From Candidatus Colwellbacteria bacterium CG10_big_fil_rev_8_21_14_0_10_42_22 (lineage in GTDB: Bacteria; Patescibacteriota; Minisyncoccia; UBA6257; Colwellbacteraceae), in assembly GCA_002773725.1 (NCBI GenBank), contig PFAH01000008.1, positions 2,654 through 66,653 of the forward strand: a DNA stretch of 64,000 bases, in the 5' to 3' direction. The translations under genes and the position numbers were made by a program. This document shows positions 9,049-17,088 of this stretch, piece by piece. Position 1 is the stretch's first letter; each line of letters starts with the position of its first letter. The notes beneath the pieces are model-generated. The model was not told the origin of the DNA and did not search any database. It worked only from the letters and a program-made list of their open reading frames with translations.

Positions 9049-10392
9049 ATGTTAAGTAGAATTCTCAAAGATAAATTCGGGAGATTAGAAAAGCTTAGAA
9101 AAGCTGGTGTTAATCCCTTTCCTGCAAGAGTTAAGAAGCATTTATCTATTAGTTCGGTATTAAAAGATTTTCCAAGCTTGAGTAAGCACCAAAGACCCAT
9201 CTATGTAGTGGGTAGGATTATATCTCGTCGAGATCAGGGAAAACTTTTGTTTATTGATTTATATGATGGAACAGACAAAATCCAAATTTTTGCAGCTAAA
9301 AAGGAATTGTCTAAATTTGATCTCTGGAAAGACACCCTAGACATAGGAGATTTTATAGGCGTAAAGGGAATTTGTTTCAAAACTAAAAAAGGTGAAAAGA
9401 GTATTCGCGCTAAGAGTTTAGATATACTTGCTAAGAGCTTGAGGCCCTTGCCGGATACATGGTTTGGCTTGAAGGATGTAGAAGAGCGCTTTCGTAAACG
9501 CTATTTAGACATGTTGATGAACTTGGAAGTTAAGGAGTCATTTGATAAGCGCTCTAAAATTGTTAGAGAAATGAGAGAGTTTCTTTGGAAAAACGACTTT
9601 ATAGAAGTAGAAACACCCATGCTCCAGCCAATTCCTGGCGGTGCCCTAGCGGAGCCCTTTAAAACGCACCACAACGCCCTCGGGCAAGATTTCTATTTAA
9701 GAATTGCTCCGGAGCTTTACTTGAAACGTTTACTTGTGGGTGGATTCAATAAAGTTTTTGAGATGGGAAGAATTTTTAGAAACGAGGGTATGGATAGGGA
9801 GCACAATCCTGAATTTACAATGCTTGAACTTTACTGGGCTTATCAGGATTACGAAGGGCTTATCAAGTTTACTGAAAAACTACTGAATAATGTTTTGGGT
9901 AAGAAGAAGTGGGAAAAAATTACTTATGCGGAGGCCTTTAAGAAATATGCTAAAAAGGATCTATCTAAGATAAAAGACAAGGCCTCCGTAGATGATGTTT
10001 TCAAAAGAGAGGTGCGCTCCAAGCTCATTAAGCCAACTATTTTGTGCGATCACCCGAAAGCGATTTCACCTTTGGCTAAATCTAAAATAGATAATCCTGA
10101 AATCACAGAGCGCTTTCAGTTCATCATAGGTGGAGTAGAGATAGCTAATGGATTTAGTGAACTTAATGATCCAATAGATCAAAAAGAAAGGATGGAATAT
10201 CAAGAATCTCTGTTTCGTAAGGGAAACAAAGAGGTAACCCGTATGGACAAAGATTTTTTGGAAGCCCTTGAATACGGTATGCCTCCAGCTGCTGGGTTGG
10301 GTGTTGGTATAGATCGTCTTGTGGTTATCGCGACAAATAGAGATTCGGTAAAGGAGTCGATTATATTCCCAACATTAAAAAGTAAAAAATAA
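9049..10392 (+). CDS. lysS: lysyl-tRNA synthetase (class II)
   Basis: 447 aa with an anticodon-binding OB fold N-terminus. Class II motifs include FRNEGMDREHNPEFTMLELY (motif 2) and GGVEIANGFSELNDP...GLGVGIDRLVV (motif 3). Confidence 0.95.
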   Translation: MLSRILKDKFGRLEKLRKAGVNPFPARVKKHLSISSVLKDFPSLSKHQRPIYVVGRIISRRDQGKLLFIDLYDGTDKIQIFAAKKELSKFDLWKDTLDIGDFIGVKGICFKTKKGEKSIRAKSLDILAKSLRPLPDTWFGLKDVEERFRKRYLDMLMNLEVKESFDKRSKIVREMREFLWKNDFIEVETPMLQPIPGGALAEPFKTHHNALGQDFYLRIAPELYLKRLLVGGFNKVFEMGRIFRNEGMDREHNPEFTMLELYWAYQDYEGLIKFTEKLLNNVLGKKKWEKITYAEAFKKYAKKDLSKIKDKASVDDVFKREVRSKLIKPTILCDHPKAISPLAKSKIDNPEITERFQFIIGGVEIANGFSELNDPIDQKERMEYQESLFRKGNKEVTRMDKDFLEALEYGMPPAAGLGVGIDRLVVIATNRDSVKESIIFPTLKSKK

Positions 10393-10395
10393 AAT

Positions 10396-11613
10396 ATGTT
10401 AGATCCTAATTTTATTCGAGAAAATGTAGATAAGGTTCGAGAGGGTATGAAAAAACGGGGTATGGATGCTGGTATCGTAGATAAATTTTTAGCTGCCGAT
10501 ATGGAGTGGAGAACATATTTGACAGAGGAAGAAGGGATAAGAGCACAACGCAATGTTTTAGGCAAAGAAGATAGAGAACGATCAGGAGCACTTAAAAGAG
10601 AGCTCAAGGAAAAAGAGCCCCTAAAGAAAGATGCTTGGATGAGAAGAGAAGAGTTTTTGCGCGCAATTCCCAACATCCCTGAAGCTAGAGTCCCAGTAGG
10701 CAAGGATGAGGAGGACAATGTTGAATTGAGTAGCTGGGGCAAGATTCCTAAGTTCAAGTTTGAACCCAAAGACCACATGGAACTGGCTGGTCCTTTGATT
10801 AACAAAGAGAAGGCGTCCGAAGTATCGGGCAGTCGTTTTAGTTATATTTTGGGTGATTTAGCATTATTAGAATTTGCTTTAATAAAATATGTATTCGAGA
10901 AGCTATTACCCCACGGATTTATACCAGTGATTCCTCCCGTATTGGTGAAATCTAAAACGATGGTGGGAATGGGTAAGACCAAATTTATAGAAGACGAGGA
11001 TGCTTATTATTTGCCCGCTGACGATTTGTACTTAGTAGGGACAGCCGAGGACTCAATCGGTCCGCTTCACTCTAATGAGATAATTGATATAAAAGAGCTT
11101 CCTAAAAGGTATGTTGGTTTCTCGACTGCTTTCAGAAGAGAGGCGGGTACTTATGGCAAAGATGTTAAGGGTATATTGAGATCTCATCAGTTTGATAAAG
11201 CAGAGATGTTCTCCTTTACTCGGCCGGAAGATTCAGTTAAAGAAAATGAGTTTCTTTTGAAGATGCAGGAAGAGATTATGCGGGGGTTGGGACTCCCTTA
11301 TCGAGTTGTTTATATCTGTACGGCAGATATGGGGTTTACCGCCACTAACCAGTACGATATTGAGACCTGGCTTCCAAGCGAAGGGAAATATAGAGAATCG
11401 CATTCCTGTTCTAATACGACAGATTTCCAATCTCGAGGGTTGAACATCAAATCATCAGAGGGAGAGTTTGTACATATGCTCAATGCCACAGGAGTAGCTA
11501 TTGGGAGGATGTTGATTTATATACTGGAGAATAATCAAACTAAAGACGGCAAAATAAAGATACCAAAAGCTTTGCAACCCTATGTCGGTAAGAAGGAGAT
11601 CAAGAGGGGGTAA
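10396..11613 (+). CDS. serS: seryl-tRNA synthetase
   Basis: 405 aa; an N-terminal coiled-coil arm, then class II core FRREAGTYGKDVKGILRSHQFDKAEMF and GVAIGRMLIYILENNQ. Confidence 0.95.
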   Translation: MLDPNFIRENVDKVREGMKKRGMDAGIVDKFLAADMEWRTYLTEEEGIRAQRNVLGKEDRERSGALKRELKEKEPLKKDAWMRREEFLRAIPNIPEARVPVGKDEEDNVELSSWGKIPKFKFEPKDHMELAGPLINKEKASEVSGSRFSYILGDLALLEFALIKYVFEKLLPHGFIPVIPPVLVKSKTMVGMGKTKFIEDEDAYYLPADDLYLVGTAEDSIGPLHSNEIIDIKELPKRYVGFSTAFRREAGTYGKDVKGILRSHQFDKAEMFSFTRPEDSVKENEFLLKMQEEIMRGLGLPYRVVYICTADMGFTATNQYDIETWLPSEGKYRESHSCSNTTDFQSRGLNIKSSEGEFVHMLNATGVAIGRMLIYILENNQTKDGKIKIPKALQPYVGKKEIKRG

Positions 11614-12313
11614 CCGCCTTCGGCGTATACTTCTTTTATTCACAACTCTGATTTTATTAGTCGGAGTGATCTACTTAATATGGTTCTCTCCTATTTTTGA
11701 AATTAAAGAAGTTGAGATTAGTGGAGAAGATTTAATTGCAAACCTCGATGTAGAAACAATTAAAGGGCAGAATATCTTTTTTTGGAAAATAGACCCAAAT
11801 ATTTTTGATGGCTCTCATCGAGTGGCAGAAGTAACGGTTGATAAAGAATTCCTTAAAAGAAAAGTGATTATAACTCTTCTTGCTAGACAAAAATATACAA
11901 TTTGGTGTTTTAACAAAGAAGATGTTTGTTATTGGGTAGATGAAAAAGGATTTATTTTTAGCGAAGCACCAAACTTGGAGGGCTCATTAAACTTGAGAAT
12001 CATAAAAGATTCATCCGAAAGGAAACTCTCGTTAGGGGATCAAGTTCTAGAGGATGAGCTTTTTAAAAACCTAGTTTTAGCCATAACGTTTATGGAGGAT
12101 TTGAATATTGAACAAGAAGAGATTGTTATAGGCGATCTGAAGTTTAAAGAAGCGGTGGCGAGAGTTAAAAGTGGACCAGATATTTATTTCAGCTTAATGC
12201 TTGATCCAAGCTTTGCCCAAAACGTAGTTAAATCTCTTCGCCAGAGCGGAGAGTGGAATGCCATAAATTACTTGGATTTAAGAGTTCCTAATCGAGCTTA
12301 CTACAACAACTAA
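11582..12313 (+). CDS. FtsQ/DivIB-like cell-division protein (N-terminal TM plus POTRA-like domain)
   Basis: 243 aa with a basic N-terminus. The TM helix ILLLFTTLILLVGVIYLIWF is followed by IKEVEISGEDLIANLDVETIKGQNIFFW, typical of the FtsQ POTRA region. The start overlaps the serS end by 32 nt. Confidence 0.5.
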   Translation: MSVRRRSRGGNRLRRILLLFTTLILLVGVIYLIWFSPIFEIKEVEISGEDLIANLDVETIKGQNIFFWKIDPNIFDGSHRVAEVTVDKEFLKRKVIITLLARQKYTIWCFNKEDVCYWVDEKGFIFSEAPNLEGSLNLRIIKDSSERKLSLGDQVLEDELFKNLVLAITFMEDLNIEQEEIVIGDLKFKEAVARVKSGPDIYFSLMLDPSFAQNVVKSLRQSGEWNAINYLDLRVPNRAYYNN

Positions 12314-14133
12314 CGACTTTTCAGATTGTAGACGAAGATAGATTTGCCGATTACATAGTCGGGTTGCGTGGGTCGTTTTAACCATTCATATTCGTCTTCT
12401 GGATTCATCCAAAATCCGGGCGCTTTTTCGCCTATAGATGTTTGTAGGAAACCGACAGACAATGCCAGCCACTCTATATTGCTCTCTCCAGGGTTGCCTT
12501 TAGCAGAGTACCAATTAACCACTCTTTCTTCTCCCAAATAGTATTGAGGCGAACCGGCGCCAAAATAATCAATGGCAATTCTATCTATATTCATTTCGTT
12601 AACAAATGCCGGTAAGCGCTTCAAATCCTGACCCCAGTCGTAATTAGAATCAGTAACATACTGCCAACCATTATCCGTTCCAACTAGTTCATTGAAATAC
12701 GGAAGATAATGCGGATAGGCGGCGATTGAAGAAGCGCCAAACCAAACAAACATGAAAATGACGAATGCAATCTTAAGCTGTTTTTTGTAGAAATCGGTGT
12801 GCACGTATTTTTTGAGTGCCCCAACTGAAAGCATGTATATAAGGGGAATAATGGGCATCAAGTGTCTAAAACCAATATTCAAAGAGCTTTGAATACTGTA
12901 GGCGATATATATGGCTACGAAAGATATGGCCACGAACTCAGAGAGGTTGGTATTTAGATATTCCTTGAGTTTAGGAGTCCTTTTGATAAGCGCCTTAAAT
13001 GTGTTGTAGATACTAAATATCAAAGCAAGAAAGATAAGGATCAAGAGGGACAAGCTTTCTTTTAGCAGATAAACGGCTGGGAAATAAAGAGAGCTCCCCT
13101 TGTTATCAACCGTTCCAAAGAAATAGGCGGTATTTCCTCCGGCGCTACGTTGCATAACCATCAGAAGACCCAACATATATTGGGCATACGGCCTGATAAC
13201 GGGCTTGTCAGCGCTCCAAATCGTGATATCTGCTAAACACCTAAGGGGACTACAAATTTCACCTTCTGGGGTCGGTGGGGCAGGAAAACCTTCTAAAATG
13301 TGACTGGTGTCAGCTAATTGTTTTTCGGGTGGATAATTGAGAGTCGCAATCCAATAGAATGGATAAATTAAGATGGCGCCAATTACAAATATGACAATGA
13401 CTCTCCCCATATACTTTGTGCCAACATTAAATATTTGTTTTCCGATGTGTCCTCCAGATTTTGATATTCGACTAAAGGCAATTATTAACCCTACCAATAT
13501 AAAATGAGCGACTAAAAGAGCGGCTGAGAACTTCATCAATTGGGCAATACCAAAACCAACCCCTGCCCAAATTAAGTTTTTCTTAGTAGGCGTCGCCAAA
13601 TATTTGGAAAATAGATAAAGAGATAGAATAATACCTAGAGTTGCGCCCACATCAGTTGTCACGTAATGGCCATGAGCGAGAAAATTGGGAGATAGAGCGG
13701 TGGCAAGGGTGGGTAAAAGCGCCCACCAATCTCCCATAAGTTCACGTGACCACAAATAAACAACTAGCACCAAAAGAAGCATTAAGAGCATGGGACCAAT
13801 TCTGGATAGCTGGATTATTTGATCTGCGTCATTGCCTGATTCATAGAGAAAAGCACGACCTATATCCCACTGGCCGTTAACCTGACTCTGCCAGTATTCA
13901 TTTTCGATTGGAAAGTTTGGATTAAGCGTCAAAAGAGGGAGACCGGCTAACATTTTTACCAAAGGTGGGTGCTCGGGGTTGAGACGATAGTCAAGGTATT
14001 TAACATATCCGTAACCGGCTGGAATATGCGCCAACTCGTCCATGGTGGCGGACTCTTGCGCGGATGAACCGACCATTAGAAGGAGCGAGAGAATTAATAT
14101 AAAAACTAAAACTACTCTATTTAAAAAAGTCAT
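12310..14133 (-). CDS. GT-C family glycosyltransferase (ArnT / protein-O-mannosyltransferase-like, family 39/83)
   Basis: 607 aa, polytopic. The first loop DELAHIPAGYGYVKYLDYRLNPEHPPLVKMLAGLPLL matches the PMT/ArnT catalytic-loop signature (DE...H...EHPPL.K). Confidence 0.8.
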   Translation of the reverse strand: MTFLNRVVLVFILILSLLLMVGSSAQESATMDELAHIPAGYGYVKYLDYRLNPEHPPLVKMLAGLPLLTLNPNFPIENEYWQSQVNGQWDIGRAFLYESGNDADQIIQLSRIGPMLLMLLLVLVVYLWSRELMGDWWALLPTLATALSPNFLAHGHYVTTDVGATLGIILSLYLFSKYLATPTKKNLIWAGVGFGIAQLMKFSAALLVAHFILVGLIIAFSRISKSGGHIGKQIFNVGTKYMGRVIVIFVIGAILIYPFYWIATLNYPPEKQLADTSHILEGFPAPPTPEGEICSPLRCLADITIWSADKPVIRPYAQYMLGLLMVMQRSAGGNTAYFFGTVDNKGSSLYFPAVYLLKESLSLLILIFLALIFSIYNTFKALIKRTPKLKEYLNTNLSEFVAISFVAIYIAYSIQSSLNIGFRHLMPIIPLIYMLSVGALKKYVHTDFYKKQLKIAFVIFMFVWFGASSIAAYPHYLPYFNELVGTDNGWQYVTDSNYDWGQDLKRLPAFVNEMNIDRIAIDYFGAGSPQYYLGEERVVNWYSAKGNPGESNIEWLALSVGFLQTSIGEKAPGFWMNPEDEYEWLKRPTQPDYVIGKSIFVYNLKSR

Positions 14134-14153
14134 TTATAATCCAATTATACAGT

Positions 14154-14453
14154 ATGAAAGAGCTTTTTTGGACAAGGCATGCAAAAGACAAGATGAATCA
14201 TTGGCGTCTTAGTGAATCGCGAGTAAGGCGAGTGATTAAGTCATATGACAGGATAGAAGAGGGGGTTGCCGAGGATACGATTGCCTTGATGCAAAGAGCC
14301 GGAACGACTAAAAATAAATATGAAATTTGGGTGATGGTGGCTGACAAGGATAATCAGAGAAGAGTGGTTTCAGCATGGAGATATCCAGGCATCACCATTC
14401 CCGGAGAACCTTTGCCGGAAGAGATCATAAAAGAGTTTAGGGCTATTTTTTAG
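14154..14453 (+). CDS. DUF4258-like small protein (RelE/ParE-superfamily toxin-like fold)
   Basis: 99 aa; FWTRHAKDKMNHWRLSESRVRRVIKSYDRIEEGVAEDTIALMQRAG...EIWVMVADKDNQRRVVSAWRYPG follows the DUF4258 pattern (T.HA...M...I....V..VI.......E......I.L.......hVVv......ViTvy.P). Confidence 0.5.
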   Translation: MKELFWTRHAKDKMNHWRLSESRVRRVIKSYDRIEEGVAEDTIALMQRAGTTKNKYEIWVMVADKDNQRRVVSAWRYPGITIPGEPLPEEIIKEFRAIF

Positions 14454-14574
14454 AGATGATACTTATTAACATTGTGTTTGGTGCTCTGGACTGATACAAA
14501 GAGATTAGGAGTCGCAACTAAGAGGGGTTGCAACTTTTTTATTTGTACCTAGACGCAACTAGGAGGTTCAAACC

Positions 14575-14811
14575 GTGAGTAGCGTTGTCGACTACAAGAG
14601 TTGGGAGGATCAGGGTTCATTGCCTGCTTCTCAAATTCAGTCAGGCGACTCGATCAGTGGCCCCTATGGCAAGATCGTTGAATACACTGAGTGTATTCCC
14701 GGCGGCATTCCGAAGATTCGGATTACGTTCGAAGACGGCACACAACAACTCGTCGATAAGGGCCTTATGTTCCATGTTTGGAGACAGCCGTACAGGCGAG
14801 GCGATTGGTAA
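14575..14811 (+). CDS. hypothetical small protein (78 aa) in a GC-rich insert
   Basis: GTG start with AGGAGG 7 nt upstream. Followed by a long GC-rich hairpin plus TTTTT (14873-14938). Composition differs from the flanks. Confidence 0.5.
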   Translation: MSSVVDYKSWEDQGSLPASQIQSGDSISGPYGKIVEYTECIPGGIPKIRITFEDGTQQLVDKGLMFHVWRQPYRRGDW

Positions 14812-14872
14812 TGAATGGACTCGTGGATTTCGGCTCCCAAGAGGTGCGACCCTCAAAAACTTGCCCCGGCGC

Positions 14873-14938
14873 GCGAGAACCCCGACACGATATGTGTGTC
14901 AGGCAACTCGTGCATCATGCCGGGGTTCTCGCTTTTTC
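14873..14938 (+). terminator. intrinsic terminator (GCGAGAACCCCG ... CGGGGTTCTCGC TTTTT)
   Basis: 12-bp perfect stem read directly, with a structured ~36-nt loop containing GACAC/GTGTC, then a T5 run. Confidence 0.6.
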
Positions 14939-15014
14939 GAGTGAGAAAGCTTAGAATCTTCTTTGTAGACCCCCTATATAAAGGCAACTAGGGGGGATTT
15001 CTGCGTTTAACTCC

Positions 15015-17033
15015 ATGTTGAAACTGATATCAGAAAAAAAACCGGCGGGGGACCAACCCAAAGCCATAGATGCCCTGGTTAAAGGATTAAAAAAAGGTCT
15101 TAAGCACCAAACTCTTTTAGGCGTAACCGGTTCAGGTAAAACCTTCACTATCGCCAATGTTATAAACGAAGTGAAAAGACCAACCCTTGTTATCGCACAT
15201 AATAAAACTTTGGCTGCTCAGCTTTGTAATGAATTTAGAGAGCTGTTTCCCGAAAACCAAGTCCACTATTTTGTTTCATACTACGATTACTACCAACCAG
15301 AAGCATATCTTCCCAATACAAATACATATATAGCCAAAGAGGCGCATACAAATGACGAGATAGACCGCCTACGTCACGCTGCCACCACGGCTCTTTTGAC
15401 TCAAAAAGATGTAATTATTGTGGCATCCGTCTCGGCCATTTATGGCCTCGGCACGCCGGAGCTTTATAGAGAAAACATTCTTCACTTTAAAATAGGCGAT
15501 CAGATATCCCGCGAAGAATTGGCGAGGCGTTTAATCAGGGTACAGTTCACGCGTACCAACGCCAACCTTAATCGAGGTTCTTTTCGTTTGCGAGGAGATA
15601 ACTGGGAGATAATGTCTCCTCACGACGACGTTGTTTACAACTTCGTTATGGATAAAGGCAAGATATCAAAGATATATATAGTAGATCCGACTATCGGCTT
15701 CAGTTACGAAAAGACGCCAAGCACGGACGAAGTTTATATATCACCCGTTAAACACTACATTACTTTAGATAGTCAGATAGAGGTAGCTCTTAAAAATATC
15801 GAACAAGAAATGAAGGAAAGAATCAAATATTTTGAAAAAGAAGGCAAACTTTTGGAAGCAGAGATTATAGAACGTCGCACCAAGGGCGATATGGCGATGA
15901 TTCGGGAAGTGGGATATTGCAATGGCATTGAGAATTATTCAAGACATTTAGATGGCAGAGCTCCGGGTGAGCCCCCCGCCACTTTACTTGATTACTTTCC
16001 CGAGGATTTCTTGCTGGTTATAGATGAGTCGCACGTAACGGTGCCACAAATCAGAGGTATGTTTGAGGGAGATGCTTCTAGAAAAAGGACTTTGATAGAA
16101 CATGGTTTTCGCCTCCCGTCAGCTTCTGATAACCGCCCCCTTAAATTTGGTGAATTCGAAAAAAGAGTAGGACAAACAATATACACATCGGCTACGCCGA
16201 GTGTCTATGAGGCAGAACACAGTCAAAAAACGGTTGAGCAGGTTATTAGACCCACTGGTCTAGTTGATCCAATCATCACTATCCGTCCGGCTAAGGGTCA
16301 GATAGACGATCTTATACCTCGCATCAAAGAGCGGATAGAAAAAAGCGAGAGGGTGCTTGTAACGACTTTGACAAAGAAGATGGCAGAGGACCTAAACGAC
16401 TATTTACACGACTTAGGTTTAAAAGTTAATTATTTACACAGCGACGTTGAAACATTGGATAGGATTAGAATTCTGACGGGTCTTAGGAGAGGCGACTTTG
16501 ATGTTTTAGTTGGAGTAAACCTGCTTAGGGAAGGATTAGATTTGCCAGAAGTATCTTTAGTGGCAATCCTAGATGCTGACAAAGAGGGATTCTTACGTAG
16601 CGAAACAGCGCTTATCCAGACAATTGGTCGGGCGGCCAGAAACGTAAACGGGGAAGTACTGATTTATGCAGACCAAATAACTGGTTCGGTAAAAAGGGCT
16701 GTTAGCGAAACAGAGAGGAGAAGAAAGATCCAAATAGCTTATAACAAAAAGCATGGCATTACTCCCCAAACAATTGTTAGAAACATTCAAGATATTTTAC
16801 CAATTGAGAACCGCGAAAGAGAGGCAAAAATAGGTGAAATACTTGAACTTGAGGTAGGTGCGTTACCCAAAACAACCAAGCGTATTGAAGAGATGATTAG
16901 AGACAAAGAACGAGAAATGAAGGAAGTAGCTAAAAAACTGGATTTTGAGTTGGCAGCTATCTTAAGAGATGAGCTGGTGATCCTTAAAGAAAAAATGAGT
17001 CATAAGAACAAAAAGAAACATGGCTCCGCCTAA
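15015..17033 (+). CDS. uvrB: excinuclease ABC subunit B
   Basis: 672 aa; Walker A GVTGSGKTF, helicase motifs, the beta-hairpin region and the C-terminal UVR coiled-coil ELAAILRDELVILKEKM. Confidence 0.95.
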   Translation: MLKLISEKKPAGDQPKAIDALVKGLKKGLKHQTLLGVTGSGKTFTIANVINEVKRPTLVIAHNKTLAAQLCNEFRELFPENQVHYFVSYYDYYQPEAYLPNTNTYIAKEAHTNDEIDRLRHAATTALLTQKDVIIVASVSAIYGLGTPELYRENILHFKIGDQISREELARRLIRVQFTRTNANLNRGSFRLRGDNWEIMSPHDDVVYNFVMDKGKISKIYIVDPTIGFSYEKTPSTDEVYISPVKHYITLDSQIEVALKNIEQEMKERIKYFEKEGKLLEAEIIERRTKGDMAMIREVGYCNGIENYSRHLDGRAPGEPPATLLDYFPEDFLLVIDESHVTVPQIRGMFEGDASRKRTLIEHGFRLPSASDNRPLKFGEFEKRVGQTIYTSATPSVYEAEHSQKTVEQVIRPTGLVDPIITIRPAKGQIDDLIPRIKERIEKSERVLVTTLTKKMAEDLNDYLHDLGLKVNYLHSDVETLDRIRILTGLRRGDFDVLVGVNLLREGLDLPEVSLVAILDADKEGFLRSETALIQTIGRAARNVNGEVLIYADQITGSVKRAVSETERRRKIQIAYNKKHGITPQTIVRNIQDILPIENREREAKIGEILELEVGALPKTTKRIEEMIRDKEREMKEVAKKLDFELAAILRDELVILKEKMSHKNKKKHGSA

Positions 17034-17088
17034 GGCGGATGCTCATAGTTTTAACTAAAATAAATTTTAGAAAACAATGGCACAAAAT
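17025..17088 (+). repeat. copy A of a ~64-nt intergenic module (CCGCC-TAA-GGCGG hairpin, AT-rich tract, start codon)
   Basis: TCCGCCTAAGGCGGATGCTCATAGTTTTAACTAAAATAAATTTTAGAAAACAATGGCACAAAAT. It matches 34070-34132 with about 4 mismatches. The uvrB stop codon TAA forms the hairpin loop, and the module runs into the first codons of uvrA. Confidence 0.85.

Noticed and set aside
8407-9059. Plus-strand ORFs 8407-8688 and 8661-9059 overlapping the minus-strand cassette
   Set aside because: They have no ribosome-binding sites and would run through the hairpin terminator. The minus-strand genes have SD, -10 and terminator in the correct order.
14585-14944. 119-aa plus-strand ORF overlapping the 14575-14811 gene in another frame
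   Set aside because: It runs straight through the 14873-14938 terminator hairpin and lacks a ribosome-binding site.
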